The position numbers were made by a program, and so were the translations under genes. This document shows, piece by piece, positions 46,428 through 56,569 of a stretch of DNA of 64,000 nucleotides. Within the stretch, counting starts at the first letter, position 1, and every line of letters starts with the position of its first letter. Source of the stretch: an uncultured Clostridia bacterium (GTDB lineage: Bacteria > Bacillota > Clostridia > TANB77 > CAG-508); the NCBI GenBank assembly GCA_934133005.1, contig CAKPAI010000001.1:298769-362768 (forward strand), read 5' to 3'. Under the pieces are notes generated by a model. That model searched no databases, was not told where the DNA came from, and saw nothing but the letters and a program-made list of their open reading frames with translations.

Positions 46428-49046
46428 TTATTTTATTTCATTGCCATAATAGCTGTCTATTAAAATTTGTTTTATTTCTGAAACAAGTGGTACTCTTGGA
46501 TTTGCTGATGTACATTGATCTGAGAAAGCTCTATCTGCAAGTTCATCAACTTTTGCCATCCACTCTTTTTCATCTACTCCTGCGTCTTTAAATGATTTTG
46601 GAATTCCTAGTTCTTCATTTAATTTTTGTACTTCATGAATTAATGACCAAACACCTTCTTCATCAGTATAAGCTGGGAAGTTCATTCTTCTTGAAATATC
46701 TGCATATTTTCTTTGTGCAATATAGTACTCATATTTAGGGAATGATACTAATTTGCTAGGACACGCAACACCATTATATCTTATTACATAAGGAAGAAGT
46801 ATTGCATTTATTCTTCCATGTGGAAGATGAAATTCGGCTCCTATTTTATGTGCCATTGAGTGGCAAACACCTAAGAATGCGTTTGTAAATGCCATTCCAG
46901 CTATTGTACTTGCATTATGCATTTTTTCACGAGCAGTTTTATCATTTGCTCCATCATGATATGCATTTCTGATATTTTTAAATACAAGTTCTGCTGCTTT
47001 TTCAGCAAGTCCGTCTGTATAATCAGATGCCATATTTGATACATAAGCCTCTAGCGCATGAGTTAAAACATCCATTCCTGTATCTGCTGTAACAGATTTT
47101 GGAAGACTCATAACTAAGTCTGGATCAACGATTGCAACATCTGGTGTAAGTTCATAATCAGCTAGTGGATATTTTATATTTCTTTCTTTATCAGTTATTA
47201 CTGCAAAAGATGTTACTTCTGAACCTGTTCCTGAAGTAGTTGGTATCGCTACCATTTTTGCTTTTTGTCCAAGTTTAGGAAATTTATAAGTACGCTTTCT
47301 TATATCCATAAACTTTAATTTCATTCCTTCTATATCAGCTTCTGGTTGTTCATAGAATAGCCACATTCCTTTTGCTGCATCTATTGGACTTCCACCGCCT
47401 AATGCAATAATTACATCTGGCTTAAATTCATTAATTCTTGCTAATCCTCTTTTTATTGTTGCAAAAGATGGATCTGGCTCAACTTCTGCAAATATTTCTG
47501 AATGTACATATTCATTTCTTTTTCTTAAATGATATAAAATTTTATCTACATATCCAAGTTTAACCATTCCCTCATCTGTTACTATGAAAGCTCTTGATAT
47601 GTCTGGCATTTTTTCTAAGTAGGCAATTGAACCTGCCTCAAAATATATCTTTTCAGGTACTTTAAACCACTGCATATTAACTCTCCTTTTCGCAACTCTT
47701 TTTATATTTATTAAGTTTACTGATGAAACATTTGCTGTTGTTGAATTTCCTCCAAATGTTCCACATCCTAAAGTTAATGATGGCATATTTGTGTTGTAAA
47801 TATCTCCTATTCCGCCATGTGTAGATGGAGTGTTTACCATTATTCTTCCTACTTTTACTGCTTCTGCAAATTTTTCTATTGTTTCTTTATTTTCTGAATG
47901 GATAACTGCAGAATGTCCCATTCCTCCAAATTCTATTAATTTTTCTGCTAAGCTAATTCCTTCATCTTCATTTTCAACAATGTAATATGCAAGAACTGGA
48001 CTTAGTTTTTCTTTTGAAAATGGATATTCAATTCCAACTCCATTTTCTTTTAATACTAATACTTTTGTACTTTCAGGTACTTCTATTCCTGCACCTTTTG
48101 CAATTATATAAGGACTTTTTCCTACAATATCAGCATTTAAAGCTTCATTTTTTTCTCTTAAGAACATTTCCGAACGAAGTTTGTTTGTTTCTTCTTCATT
48201 TAAGAAATAGCAACCTGCTTCTTTCATTAGTTTTTCAAATTCTTCATGAATTTCTTTATCTACAATTACTGATTGCTCAGATGCACAAATCATACCATTA
48301 TCAAATGATTTTGAAAGCACTAAGTCATTTACAGAAGTTCTTAATTTTGCTGTTTTTTCAATATAACATGGTACATTTCCAGGTCCTACTCCTAAGGCTG
48401 GTTTTCCACATGAATAAGCAGCTTTAACCATGCTTGTACCACCTGTTGCTAAAATCAAATTTACACCCGGATGGTTCATAAGCATTGATGTTGCATGAAT
48501 TGATGGTTCTTCAATCCATAAAATACAGTCTTCTGGAGCACCAGCTTGCACTGCTGCATCTCTTAAAATTTTAGCAGCCATCGAGCTTGATTTTTGAGCT
48601 CCTGGATGGAATCCAAATATTATTACATTTCTTGTTTTTGCTGCAATTAATGATTTAAACATAGTTGTAGAAGTTGGATTTGTAACAGGAGTTACACCCG
48701 CAATTACACCTATTGGTTCTGCAATTTCTTCGTATCCTTCTTCTTCATTTTCATTTATAACTCCAACCGTTTTATCATATTTTATACTATGATAAATATA
48801 TTCTGTTGCAAACATATTCTTTGTTATTTTATCTTCATAGATACCTCTGCCAGTTTCTTCTACTGCCATTTTAGCAAGTTCCATGTGATGTTCTAATCCT
48901 GCCATTGCCATAGCTTTAACAATTTTATTAACTTGCTCTTGATTTAGTTTCATATATTCTTGTGAAGCTTTTTTAGCTCTTGCAACTAAATCATCAATCA
49001 TTGTTTGAATATGATTTTTTTGTTCTTCTGTAATTTCCAAAGACAT
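46428..49046 (-). CDS. adhE: Bifunctional aldehyde/alcohol dehydrogenase AdhE (start taken at MSLEITEEQ..., RBS AGGAGG; track ORF extends to 49106)
   Basis: N-terminal aldehyde-DH domain plus C-terminal Fe-ADH domain (GGGSPIDAAK...). ~870 aa. Confidence 0.9.
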   Translation of the reverse strand: MSLEITEEQKNHIQTMIDDLVARAKKASQEYMKLNQEQVNKIVKAMAMAGLEHHMELAKMAVEETGRGIYEDKITKNMFATEYIYHSIKYDKTVGVINENEEEGYEEIAEPIGVIAGVTPVTNPTSTTMFKSLIAAKTRNVIIFGFHPGAQKSSSMAAKILRDAAVQAGAPEDCILWIEEPSIHATSMLMNHPGVNLILATGGTSMVKAAYSCGKPALGVGPGNVPCYIEKTAKLRTSVNDLVLSKSFDNGMICASEQSVIVDKEIHEEFEKLMKEAGCYFLNEEETNKLRSEMFLREKNEALNADIVGKSPYIIAKGAGIEVPESTKVLVLKENGVGIEYPFSKEKLSPVLAYYIVENEDEGISLAEKLIEFGGMGHSAVIHSENKETIEKFAEAVKVGRIMVNTPSTHGGIGDIYNTNMPSLTLGCGTFGGNSTTANVSSVNLINIKRVAKRRVNMQWFKVPEKIYFEAGSIAYLEKMPDISRAFIVTDEGMVKLGYVDKILYHLRKRNEYVHSEIFAEVEPDPSFATIKRGLARINEFKPDVIIALGGGSPIDAAKGMWLFYEQPEADIEGMKLKFMDIRKRTYKFPKLGQKAKMVAIPTTSGTGSEVTSFAVITDKERNIKYPLADYELTPDVAIVDPDLVMSLPKSVTADTGMDVLTHALEAYVSNMASDYTDGLAEKAAELVFKNIRNAYHDGANDKTAREKMHNASTIAGMAFTNAFLGVCHSMAHKIGAEFHLPHGRINAILLPYVIRYNGVACPSKLVSFPKYEYYIAQRKYADISRRMNFPAYTDEEGVWSLIHEVQKLNEELGIPKSFKDAGVDEKEWMAKVDELADRAFSDQCTSANPRVPLVSEIKQILIDSYYGNEIK

Positions 49047-49156
49047 AAAATTTCCTCCTATCGTCTTTTTTATTCTTCTGCATAAATTATTTTCTATTTG
49101 CAACAAATTATACTATACTAGTTTAGTTTTTGCAATAGGTTTTATTCTCTATTTTC

Positions 49157-49185
49157 TTGACTTTAGACCGCTTAGAGTATATAAT
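49157..49185 (+). promoter_or_regulatory. leuS promoter TTGACT-17nt-TATAAT
   Basis: ttgactttagaccgcttagagtatataat seen directly ~45 nt upstream of leuS ATG. Confidence 0.6.
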
Positions 49186-49225
49186 TTATGCAGTAAATTT
49201 GAGTTTAATGAAAGGACTAGATATT

Positions 49226-51622
49226 ATGGCATACGATTTCAAAAAAATAGAGAAAAAATGGCAAACAAAATGGGAAACTGAAAGAACATTTAATGCAGAT
49301 AATAATTCTAACAAACAAAAATGGTATGGTCTAATCGAATTTCCTTACCCTTCTGGTCAAGGACTTCATGTAGGTCACCCAAGAAGTTATACTGCAATGG
49401 ATATAATTTCAAGAAAAAGAAGATTACAAGGTTACAATGTATTATTTCCAATAGGTTTTGATGCATTTGGTCTACCTGCTGAAAACTTTGCAATAAAAAA
49501 TCATGTTCATCCTAAAATTGTTACAGCTAAAAATATAGAAAACTTTACAAGACAATTAAAATCAATCGGCTTTTCTTTTGACTGGTCAAGAGTTATAAAC
49601 ACAACTGACCCAGAATATTACAAATGGACACAATGGATATTTATCCAATTATACAAACATGGTTTAGCTTACAAAGCTACTATGCCTATAAACTTCTGTA
49701 CTGGTTGTAAAGTAGGTCTTTCAAACGAAGAAGTTGTAAATGGTGTTTGTGAAAGATGCGGAAGCCCTGTTGTTCAAAAAGAAAAAAGTCAATGGATGCT
49801 AAAAATCACAGAATATGCGCAACGCTTGATTGATGATTTAGACCAAGTTGATTACTTAGAAAAAATCAAACTTCAACAAAAAAATTGGATTGGTAGAAGC
49901 GAGGGCGCTGAAGCAATATTCAAAATCGCAGATTCTGATGAAACATTAAAAGTTTACACAACAAGACCTGATACAATGTTTGGTGCTAGCTACATGGTAG
50001 TTGCTCCGGAGCATCCAATTTTAGAAAAACTTGCATCAAAAATTACAAACCTAGATGAGATTAAAGAATATCAAAAGCAAGCAAGCCTAAAATCTGCTTT
50101 TGAGCGTTCTGAATTAAACAAAGAAAAAACTGGCGTTGAAATAAAAGGATTTAAAGCAATAAATCCTGCAAACGGTAAAGAAATTCCAATCTGGGTTTCA
50201 GACTATGTTTTAATTACTTATGGTACTGGTGCAATAATGGCAGTTCCAGCTCATGACGACAGAGATTATGAATTTGCTACAAAATTTGGGTTAGACATTC
50301 TTCCTGTAATTGAAGGTGGAGATACTTCAAAAGAAGCCTATACCGGTGATGGAAAGCACATAAATTCAGAATTTTTAAACGGACTAAACAAACAAGAAGC
50401 AATTTCAAAAATGCTTACTTGGCTTGAAGAAAATAAAATTGGTGAAAGAAAAGTTAATTACAAACTTCGTGACTGGGTATTTTCTAGACAAAGATATTGG
50501 GGTGAACCAATTCCAATGGTACACTGCGATAAATGTGGTTGGGTTCCAGTTCCAGAAGATGAGCTTCCACTTGTTTTACCAGATGTTAAAGATTATGAAC
50601 CTGGTGAAAATGGCGAATCTCCTCTTGCAAAACATGAAGAATGGATTAATACAACATGCCCTTGCTGTGGTGGAAAAGCAAGACGTGAAACAGATACAAT
50701 GCCTCAATGGGCTGGTTCATCTTGGTACTTCTTAAGATACATGGATCCACATAATAATAAAGCTTTAGCATCAAAAGAAGCTTTAAATTACTGGAACCAA
50801 GTTGACTGGTACAATGGTGGTATGGAGCACACAACACTTCACCTTCTATACTCAAGATTCTGGCATAAGTTCTTATATGATATTGGAGTTGTTCCAACTA
50901 GTGAACCTTATGCAAAGAGAACTTCTCATGGAATGATTTTAGGTTCTAACGGTGAAAAAATGAGTAAGTCAAAAGGAAATGTTGTAAATCCTGATGATGT
51001 AATTGCTGAATTTGGTGCAGATACTCTTCGTGTATACGAAATGTTTATGGGACCATTTGACCAAACAGCACCTTGGTCTGTTGACAGTATTCGTGGTTGT
51101 GCAAAATTCTTAGACAGAGTTTGGAACATGCAAGATATGCTAGTAGATGGTACATCTTACTCTCCAAAATTTGAAAAAATGATGCATCAATCAATAAAGA
51201 AAGTATCTTCTGACATAGAAGAAATGAAATTTAACACTTGTATTTCAACATTTATGACAATGGTTAATGAATTTTATAAGACAAAACAAATAAATAAAGC
51301 TGAATTTAAAACTTTCTTAGAGCTTTTAAATCCATTTGCCCCACACATTACAGAAGAGCTTTATGAAAAATTAGACCTTGGACACACTATTGCAGATTCT
51401 ACTTGGCCAACATTTGATGAAGAAAAGACTAAAAATGATACAATTAACTTACCTATACAAATGAATGGTAAATTAAGAGCAAGCATTGATATTTCAGTAG
51501 ATGAAGACGAAGAAACAATAAAAAAGCTTGTTCATGAAGCTGTAAAAGACAGACTTGAAGGAGTTACAATTGTTAAAGAAATATATGTAAAAAATAAAAT
51601 TTACAATATAGTTGTAAAATAA
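49226..51622 (+). CDS. leuS: Leucyl-tRNA synthetase (start [13 protein letters not shown]...; track ORF begins at an upstream non-ATG)
   Basis: HVGHPRSY (HIGH), CP1 editing domain, KMSKSKGN (KMSKS) motifs. Confidence 0.9.
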   Translation: MAYDFKKIEKKWQTKWETERTFNADNNSNKQKWYGLIEFPYPSGQGLHVGHPRSYTAMDIISRKRRLQGYNVLFPIGFDAFGLPAENFAIKNHVHPKIVTAKNIENFTRQLKSIGFSFDWSRVINTTDPEYYKWTQWIFIQLYKHGLAYKATMPINFCTGCKVGLSNEEVVNGVCERCGSPVVQKEKSQWMLKITEYAQRLIDDLDQVDYLEKIKLQQKNWIGRSEGAEAIFKIADSDETLKVYTTRPDTMFGASYMVVAPEHPILEKLASKITNLDEIKEYQKQASLKSAFERSELNKEKTGVEIKGFKAINPANGKEIPIWVSDYVLITYGTGAIMAVPAHDDRDYEFATKFGLDILPVIEGGDTSKEAYTGDGKHINSEFLNGLNKQEAISKMLTWLEENKIGERKVNYKLRDWVFSRQRYWGEPIPMVHCDKCGWVPVPEDELPLVLPDVKDYEPGENGESPLAKHEEWINTTCPCCGGKARRETDTMPQWAGSSWYFLRYMDPHNNKALASKEALNYWNQVDWYNGGMEHTTLHLLYSRFWHKFLYDIGVVPTSEPYAKRTSHGMILGSNGEKMSKSKGNVVNPDDVIAEFGADTLRVYEMFMGPFDQTAPWSVDSIRGCAKFLDRVWNMQDMLVDGTSYSPKFEKMMHQSIKKVSSDIEEMKFNTCISTFMTMVNEFYKTKQINKAEFKTFLELLNPFAPHITEELYEKLDLGHTIADSTWPTFDEEKTKNDTINLPIQMNGKLRASIDISVDEDEETIKKLVHEAVKDRLEGVTIVKEIYVKNKIYNIVVK

Positions 51623-51639
51623 TTTTAACTACTTAGCAA

Positions 51640-51685
51640 AAAGCCTTATTATTAAATAATTAATAATGAGGTTTTATTTTTTTCT
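51640..51685 (+). terminator. Intrinsic terminator after leuS
   Basis: CCTTATTATTAaataatTAATAATGAGG hairpin followed by TTTTATTTTTTTC. Confidence 0.65.
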
Positions 51686-51806
51686 TATTTATATCTACTA
51701 ATTGTACTTGTAACAAAAATGTAATTTTTTTTTAAATCTTCTGTTACATATTTTTGTCATATTATGTTGTATAATAAGATAGAAAAGTATTCAAAGGAGA
51801 ACTATA

Positions 51807-52901
51807 GTGAATATAGATACAGAACTTAAGAAAGACGGAATTTCAGTGATTGAACCATTAGATGAAGCAAGCGTTAATACAATAGCCAAAAATGTTAGTA
51901 AAAAAATTGCAAATGCATTTCCTAACTTTGGCTTTAGTTTTGATTCTCTTTATTATGATTTTTCTGGGCTTTCTATGTATATTGCAGATATTCCAGAGGG
52001 ATTAGCAGAAGCAAGTTATTTTTATAAAAATTCATCTGTTTATTTTAGAGATGGCATGGGTTTATCAGACATGGAAAAATTTGCAGTTCATGAACTCATT
52101 CATCATCTTCAAGAAGTAAAAGATGAAAAAGGAAAACTTGTACGTTTAGGTCTTTGTACCTTTAAGGGTTCAAAACCATTTGGTATGGCATTAAACGAAG
52201 CCGCAGTTCAAACAATAGCAGCTAATGTATTAGGCTCAACTTTTGAAAATGTTACATACTATGATATAAATTTCTCAACAATTAGCCCAAATTGTTATCC
52301 TATAATTTGTAATTTAATTGCACAAATGGCTTATGTTACGGGAGAAGAAGTATTATTTGATAGCACTCTAAATAGTAACGACCATTTTAAAAATAAATTT
52401 TCAGCAATTTGTGGTGCTGAAACATATAAAAAGGTTTCAATTGCATTTGATAATATATTAAAACTAGAAGAAAATCTTTCAAAACTAAATTCCAAAATTC
52501 AATTTGAAGATTTATCAACTGATAAAACTACTTCTTTGTATACAAAAATGAATAATTTAAAAATACAAATTAGAAAAATATATTTTGAGTGCCAAGAGCT
52601 TATAATAAAATCATTCTTTGATTCTATATTTAAGTCTTTAATAAACTCAGAAGAAATTGATGGTTTTAGAAAAAGATTATATTCTTTCCAAGAATTAATT
52701 GGAACAGCTGATAATTATTATTTCTTTAATAATTACTATATAGAAATGATGGAAAAATTGGATAAAAAATTTGATAACATTACAGATTCTTCTATAAGTA
52801 GCAACACTTATTTAGTTGCAAGAAAAGAATCAAAATTATTAAAACTATTTAGATACATAAAACATGTTCTTTTAAAGAAAGAATTTGAAAATGAAGATTA
52901 A
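51807..52901 (+). CDS. Hypothetical protein with HExxH zincin-like motif
   Basis: FAVHELIHHLQE (HExxH). GTG start with RBS aaaggagaactata. Confidence 0.45.
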   Translation: MNIDTELKKDGISVIEPLDEASVNTIAKNVSKKIANAFPNFGFSFDSLYYDFSGLSMYIADIPEGLAEASYFYKNSSVYFRDGMGLSDMEKFAVHELIHHLQEVKDEKGKLVRLGLCTFKGSKPFGMALNEAAVQTIAANVLGSTFENVTYYDINFSTISPNCYPIICNLIAQMAYVTGEEVLFDSTLNSNDHFKNKFSAICGAETYKKVSIAFDNILKLEENLSKLNSKIQFEDLSTDKTTSLYTKMNNLKIQIRKIYFECQELIIKSFFDSIFKSLINSEEIDGFRKRLYSFQELIGTADNYYFFNNYYIEMMEKLDKKFDNITDSSISSNTYLVARKESKLLKLFRYIKHVLLKKEFENED

Positions 52902-52945
52902 TATACAGAAGTTTAGATAGAGTTTATCTAAACTTCTTATTTTTA

Positions 52946-54196
52946 CTATTTGTTATTTTTTAAAAATTCAATTATATTTTCTGCAGCATTTCTTCCACTT
53001 CTTGCTGCCCATGCCACAGTCTTTTTTTCTCCTACTACATCACCACCTGCAAAAACTTTTGAAATCCCAGTTTGCATCTTTTCATTTACTTGTATATATC
53101 CCCATTTATCTTTTTCAAAATTTTCAAGTGGTTTCTCTTCTATTTTTGAACCAATACACATCACTACATTATCAATATCAATATTAAAATTGCTTCCTTC
53201 AATATTTACTGGTGATAATCTAGTTTCTCCTTCTTTTTTTACAAGTTCTGTTTTTATACATTCTAGCCCAGATACATTTTTATTGTCTTTTGCTAATACT
53301 TCTAATATATTAGTTTGAAACAAAAATTCTATTCCTTCATTTTTGGCATCTTGAATTTCTTTTCTTTCAGCTGGCATTTGTTCTTCAGCTCTTCTATATA
53401 TTACATAGACTCTATCTGCTCCAAGCCTTTTTATAGTTCTACTTGTATCCATCGCAACATTTCCACCACCACTTATAGCAACTTTTTTACCAGTAAAATC
53501 TTTAAACTTTTTATATTCTAATAATTCATTTCCACCAAATACTCCATTAAAGTTTTCTCCTGGAATATTCATTTTAGTAGAAACATTTGCACCTATTGCA
53601 ATAAAAACAGCATCAAAATTATTTGTTAATTCTTCTATAAAAATATTTTTTCCAAGCTCTTTATTTCTTTCAAAATTTATTCCTAAATTTAGAATTTTAT
53701 TTATTGTATCTCTTACAATATTCTTCTCTAATCTAAATTCTGGAATTCCATGTTCTAGTATTCCTCCAAGATTTTCATGCTTATCAAATATTGTAACTTT
53801 AACTCCCTTTTTGGCTAAAAAACTTGCACAAGTAAGCCCTGCAGGGCCACCTCCCATGACGGCTACTTTTTTTTGTTTTAAAATAACATCAATGTCTTTA
53901 GGAATTTCATATTTATTTTTTATTGACTCATCTCCAATGTAAGTTTCCATTTTCCCAATAGATACAGGTTTTCCCTTTATTCCTCTTATACAACTTCCTT
54001 GGCATTGTTTTTCATGAGGACAAATTCTTCCACATACAGCAGGTAGCACTGTTGTATCACACAATATTTCATATGCTCTTTTCGTATCCGTTTCATGTAT
54101 AAAATTTGGTATATTATTTTTAAGTGGACAACCATTATTTTGACATGGCCTTATCTTGCAATTCAAACAATAATCTCTAATTTCATCTACTCTCAT
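52946..54196 (-). CDS. GltD-like NAD(P)H-dependent FAD/Fe-S oxidoreductase (glutamate synthase small-subunit family)
   Basis: N-terminal Cys cluster CLNCKIRPCQNNGCPL...CGRICPHEKQCQGSC. Dinucleotide fold VAVMGGGPAGLTCA. Confidence 0.7.
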   Translation of the reverse strand: MRVDEIRDYCLNCKIRPCQNNGCPLKNNIPNFIHETDTKRAYEILCDTTVLPAVCGRICPHEKQCQGSCIRGIKGKPVSIGKMETYIGDESIKNKYEIPKDIDVILKQKKVAVMGGGPAGLTCASFLAKKGVKVTIFDKHENLGGILEHGIPEFRLEKNIVRDTINKILNLGINFERNKELGKNIFIEELTNNFDAVFIAIGANVSTKMNIPGENFNGVFGGNELLEYKKFKDFTGKKVAISGGGNVAMDTSRTIKRLGADRVYVIYRRAEEQMPAERKEIQDAKNEGIEFLFQTNILEVLAKDNKNVSGLECIKTELVKKEGETRLSPVNIEGSNFNIDIDNVVMCIGSKIEEKPLENFEKDKWGYIQVNEKMQTGISKVFAGGDVVGEKKTVAWAARSGRNAAENIIEFLKNNK

Positions 54197-54261
54197 AATT
54201 CCATAAATACAATTTCTAGAAATATTTCTGAAATTGATCCTTTCTTCGTAATTTACTATCT

Positions 54262-54828
54262 TTATTGGTCCTTACAAATCTCATTATATTTTTTTATCAC
54301 TTCTTTTAAGTCTTGCCAAAATTCAATCTTCTTCGATTCGTCTCTAAGTAATGCTGCTGGATGCCAAGTTGGCATATATAAAATATTTTTCTTTTCTACC
54401 CACTTTCCTCTGGATTGAGTTATTCCATATTCTTCACCTAAAATATTTTTAAGTGCTGTACTTCCTAATAATACAATTATTTTAGGTTTTACAAGTACTA
54501 CTTGGTTTCTTAAATAATCTAGACAAGCTACAGCCTCATCATGTTCTGGTGTTCTATTTTGAGGTGGCCTACACTTTACTACATTTGCTATATAGACATC
54601 TTCTCTTTTTATTCCAAGTCCCATAAATGATTTATTCATAAGCTGTCCAGCTTTCCCCACAAAAGGTTCACCAAGCCTATCTTCATCAGCACCTGGTCCT
54701 TCACCTATAAACATTACATCTGCATTTTTATTTCCAACTCCAAAAACTATATTTGTTCTTTGATTACAGAGTTTACATTTTTTACAACCTTCAATACTTT
54801 TTTCTAATTCTTCCCAATTGTTATACAT
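54262..54828 (-). CDS. Uracil-DNA glycosylase, family 4
   Basis: [25 protein letters not shown] motif. N-terminal Cys (CKKCKLCN) typical of Fe-S containing family-4 UDG. Confidence 0.8.
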   Translation of the reverse strand: MYNNWEELEKSIEGCKKCKLCNQRTNIVFGVGNKNADVMFIGEGPGADEDRLGEPFVGKAGQLMNKSFMGLGIKREDVYIANVVKCRPPQNRTPEHDEAVACLDYLRNQVVLVKPKIIVLLGSTALKNILGEEYGITQSRGKWVEKKNILYMPTWHPAALLRDESKKIEFWQDLKEVIKKYNEICKDQ

Positions 54829-54864
54829 TTATTATTCCTTTTTCTGTTTATGTTCTTATTATAT

Positions 54865-55773
54865 TTAGTTAAAAATCTCTTCAATTAATTCTATCTTTAG
54901 TTCTTTATCCGTATCAATTTTAGCCTTTGCTCCAATCGGTATTATTGACTTTTGGTTTATATGTCCAAAATTATTAGATTTAATTATTGGAAATTTTTTA
55001 TCTTCTAACGCGTTACATATTATATCTTCTAGCGACACTTTAGATGGGTGCTCATAATTTCCTACCCATAAACCTGCAATATCATCAAATACGCCATTTT
55101 GTTTTAAATAATATATATTTTTATTTACTACTTCTGGTGAAGCTTCATATCCAAGCTCCTCTAAAAATAAAATTTTTCCTTTTGTTTCTACAGCATATTT
55201 TCCAGTAATAAGCTTTGAAAATAATTCAAGGTTTCCACCAACTAATTTTCCTTCTGCTTTTCCTTCTTTCATTGTTATATATGTATCATTTTCTTTTCCT
55301 ATAAGCTTTTTAGCTTGTACAAACTTTTCCATTACTTCTAAATAAGCATCCTCTGTTCCCCAAGAAGTTAAAGACTTAAATGTTGGGCCACTAAATGTTA
55401 CCATGTTGCATTTTTCATTTATTACATCCAACACACTTGTATTATCACTAAATCCGCATATTATTTTAGGATTTCTTTTTATTAATTCATAATCTAAATA
55501 GTCCAAGCAACAGTTGCTGTCTTCTCCTCCTTTAGCACAAAATATGGCCTTTACTTCATCATCCTTAAACATTTGATTTATATCTTCAGCTCTTTTTTGT
55601 GGTAAAGTTCCATATCCTAAAGTATTTTCGAACACATATTTTCCAAATTTTACTTTAAACCCTACTGCCTCCATTAATGATATTGAAGCATTTATATATT
55701 CTAAATCTTTTTCTTCAATATAATCAGATGGTGCAACCACTCCTATATAATCACCTTTTTTTAGTTTTTCCAT
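54865..55773 (-). CDS. ldcA: LD-carboxypeptidase (peptidase S66, LdcA-like)
   Basis: GFSDNTSVL Ser nucleophile motif. C-terminal FGHINQKSIIPIG. Confidence 0.75.
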   Translation of the reverse strand: MEKLKKGDYIGVVAPSDYIEEKDLEYINASISLMEAVGFKVKFGKYVFENTLGYGTLPQKRAEDINQMFKDDEVKAIFCAKGGEDSNCCLDYLDYELIKRNPKIICGFSDNTSVLDVINEKCNMVTFSGPTFKSLTSWGTEDAYLEVMEKFVQAKKLIGKENDTYITMKEGKAEGKLVGGNLELFSKLITGKYAVETKGKILFLEELGYEASPEVVNKNIYYLKQNGVFDDIAGLWVGNYEHPSKVSLEDIICNALEDKKFPIIKSNNFGHINQKSIIPIGAKAKIDTDKELKIELIEEIFN

Positions 55774-55782
55774 TATATCCTC

Positions 55783-56568
55783 TCATTTCATTCCAAGTAT
55801 TGCAATATTTCTACCTGCCTTTTCTTTCTCGGCTCTGTATGAATGTATTAAATTCGAATTACATACTGTACAAATTTTACTTTCAAATATATTTTCCGGA
55901 AGTATTCCTACTTCTTCTAAAATTAATCTATTTATTAAAGTAGTATCAATATTATATTTTTTTTCTTGTTTTTTTATTATATCACAATTTCTATTCATAT
56001 AACTGAATGTTTGTTCAAATATTTGTTTTACATCTTCATCCACTTCAAAATGGCATTTTCCTATACAAGGTCCAATACAAGCAATAATGTTTTTTGAATC
56101 ACAGCCATAATCTTTACACATTTTTATAACACCTTTTTGCCCTATCTTTTGAACAGTTCCCCTCCATCCAGAATGAATGTTAGATATTACTTTTTTTATT
56201 GGATCATACAATAAAATTGGTGTGCAATCAGCAAAAGTTAATATTAAGTCAATTTCCTTTTTATCAGTCACAAGCCCATCAACTTCTTTGAATTTTTCTC
56301 CACACCTATCCACATTTTTTATACAATCTGTGTGTGTTTGAAACGGTCTTACTTCGTTTTCTCTTTTTAGATTTAGAGCTGTCAAAATTCTTTTATAGCT
56401 ATTTTCTACTACATCACTTTTATCTTCTGGTCCGAGTCTTCTAAAATCTAGATTCTTTTTTAGCGTATAACAATGCACTAAATTATCAAACTCTAATAGT
56501 TTTTTAAACTGTAAATATTCAATATTACCATTTCTTACATGAACTATATTTTCATTTGATAAATCCAT
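55783..56568 (-). CDS. pgeF: Purine nucleoside phosphorylase/peptidoglycan editing factor PgeF (YfiH/DUF152 family)
   Basis: HSGWRGTVQKIG and CIGPCIGKCHFEVDED conserved motifs of YfiH family. Confidence 0.75.
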   Translation of the reverse strand: MDLSNENIVHVRNGNIEYLQFKKLLEFDNLVHCYTLKKNLDFRRLGPEDKSDVVENSYKRILTALNLKRENEVRPFQTHTDCIKNVDRCGEKFKEVDGLVTDKKEIDLILTFADCTPILLYDPIKKVISNIHSGWRGTVQKIGQKGVIKMCKDYGCDSKNIIACIGPCIGKCHFEVDEDVKQIFEQTFSYMNRNCDIIKKQEKKYNIDTTLINRLILEEVGILPENIFESKICTVCNSNLIHSYRAEKEKAGRNIAILGMK

Positions 56569-56569
56569 A

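Noticed and set aside
47987-48427. 146-aa + strand ORF inside adhE, and other antisense ORFs from the track (e.g. 756-1004, 6741-6989, 7206-7433, 12385-12576, 24994-25554, 35287-35595, 53002-53521, 55677-55943, 59235-60012)
   Set aside because: All lie opposite well-supported genes. Low-complexity L/F/S-rich translations are typical of antisense AT-rich DNA. No RBS or independent evidence.
49107-49225. T-box riboswitch upstream of leuS
   Set aside because: Leader between the -10 element and the ATG is only ~40 nt, far too short for a T-box. No specifier/antiterminator structure seen.
49157-49225. Upstream extension of leuS ORF (track start 49157)
   Set aside because: That start coincides with the TTGACT -35 hexamer. 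The conserved LeuS N-terminus begins at MAYDFKK (49226), which has its own RBS.
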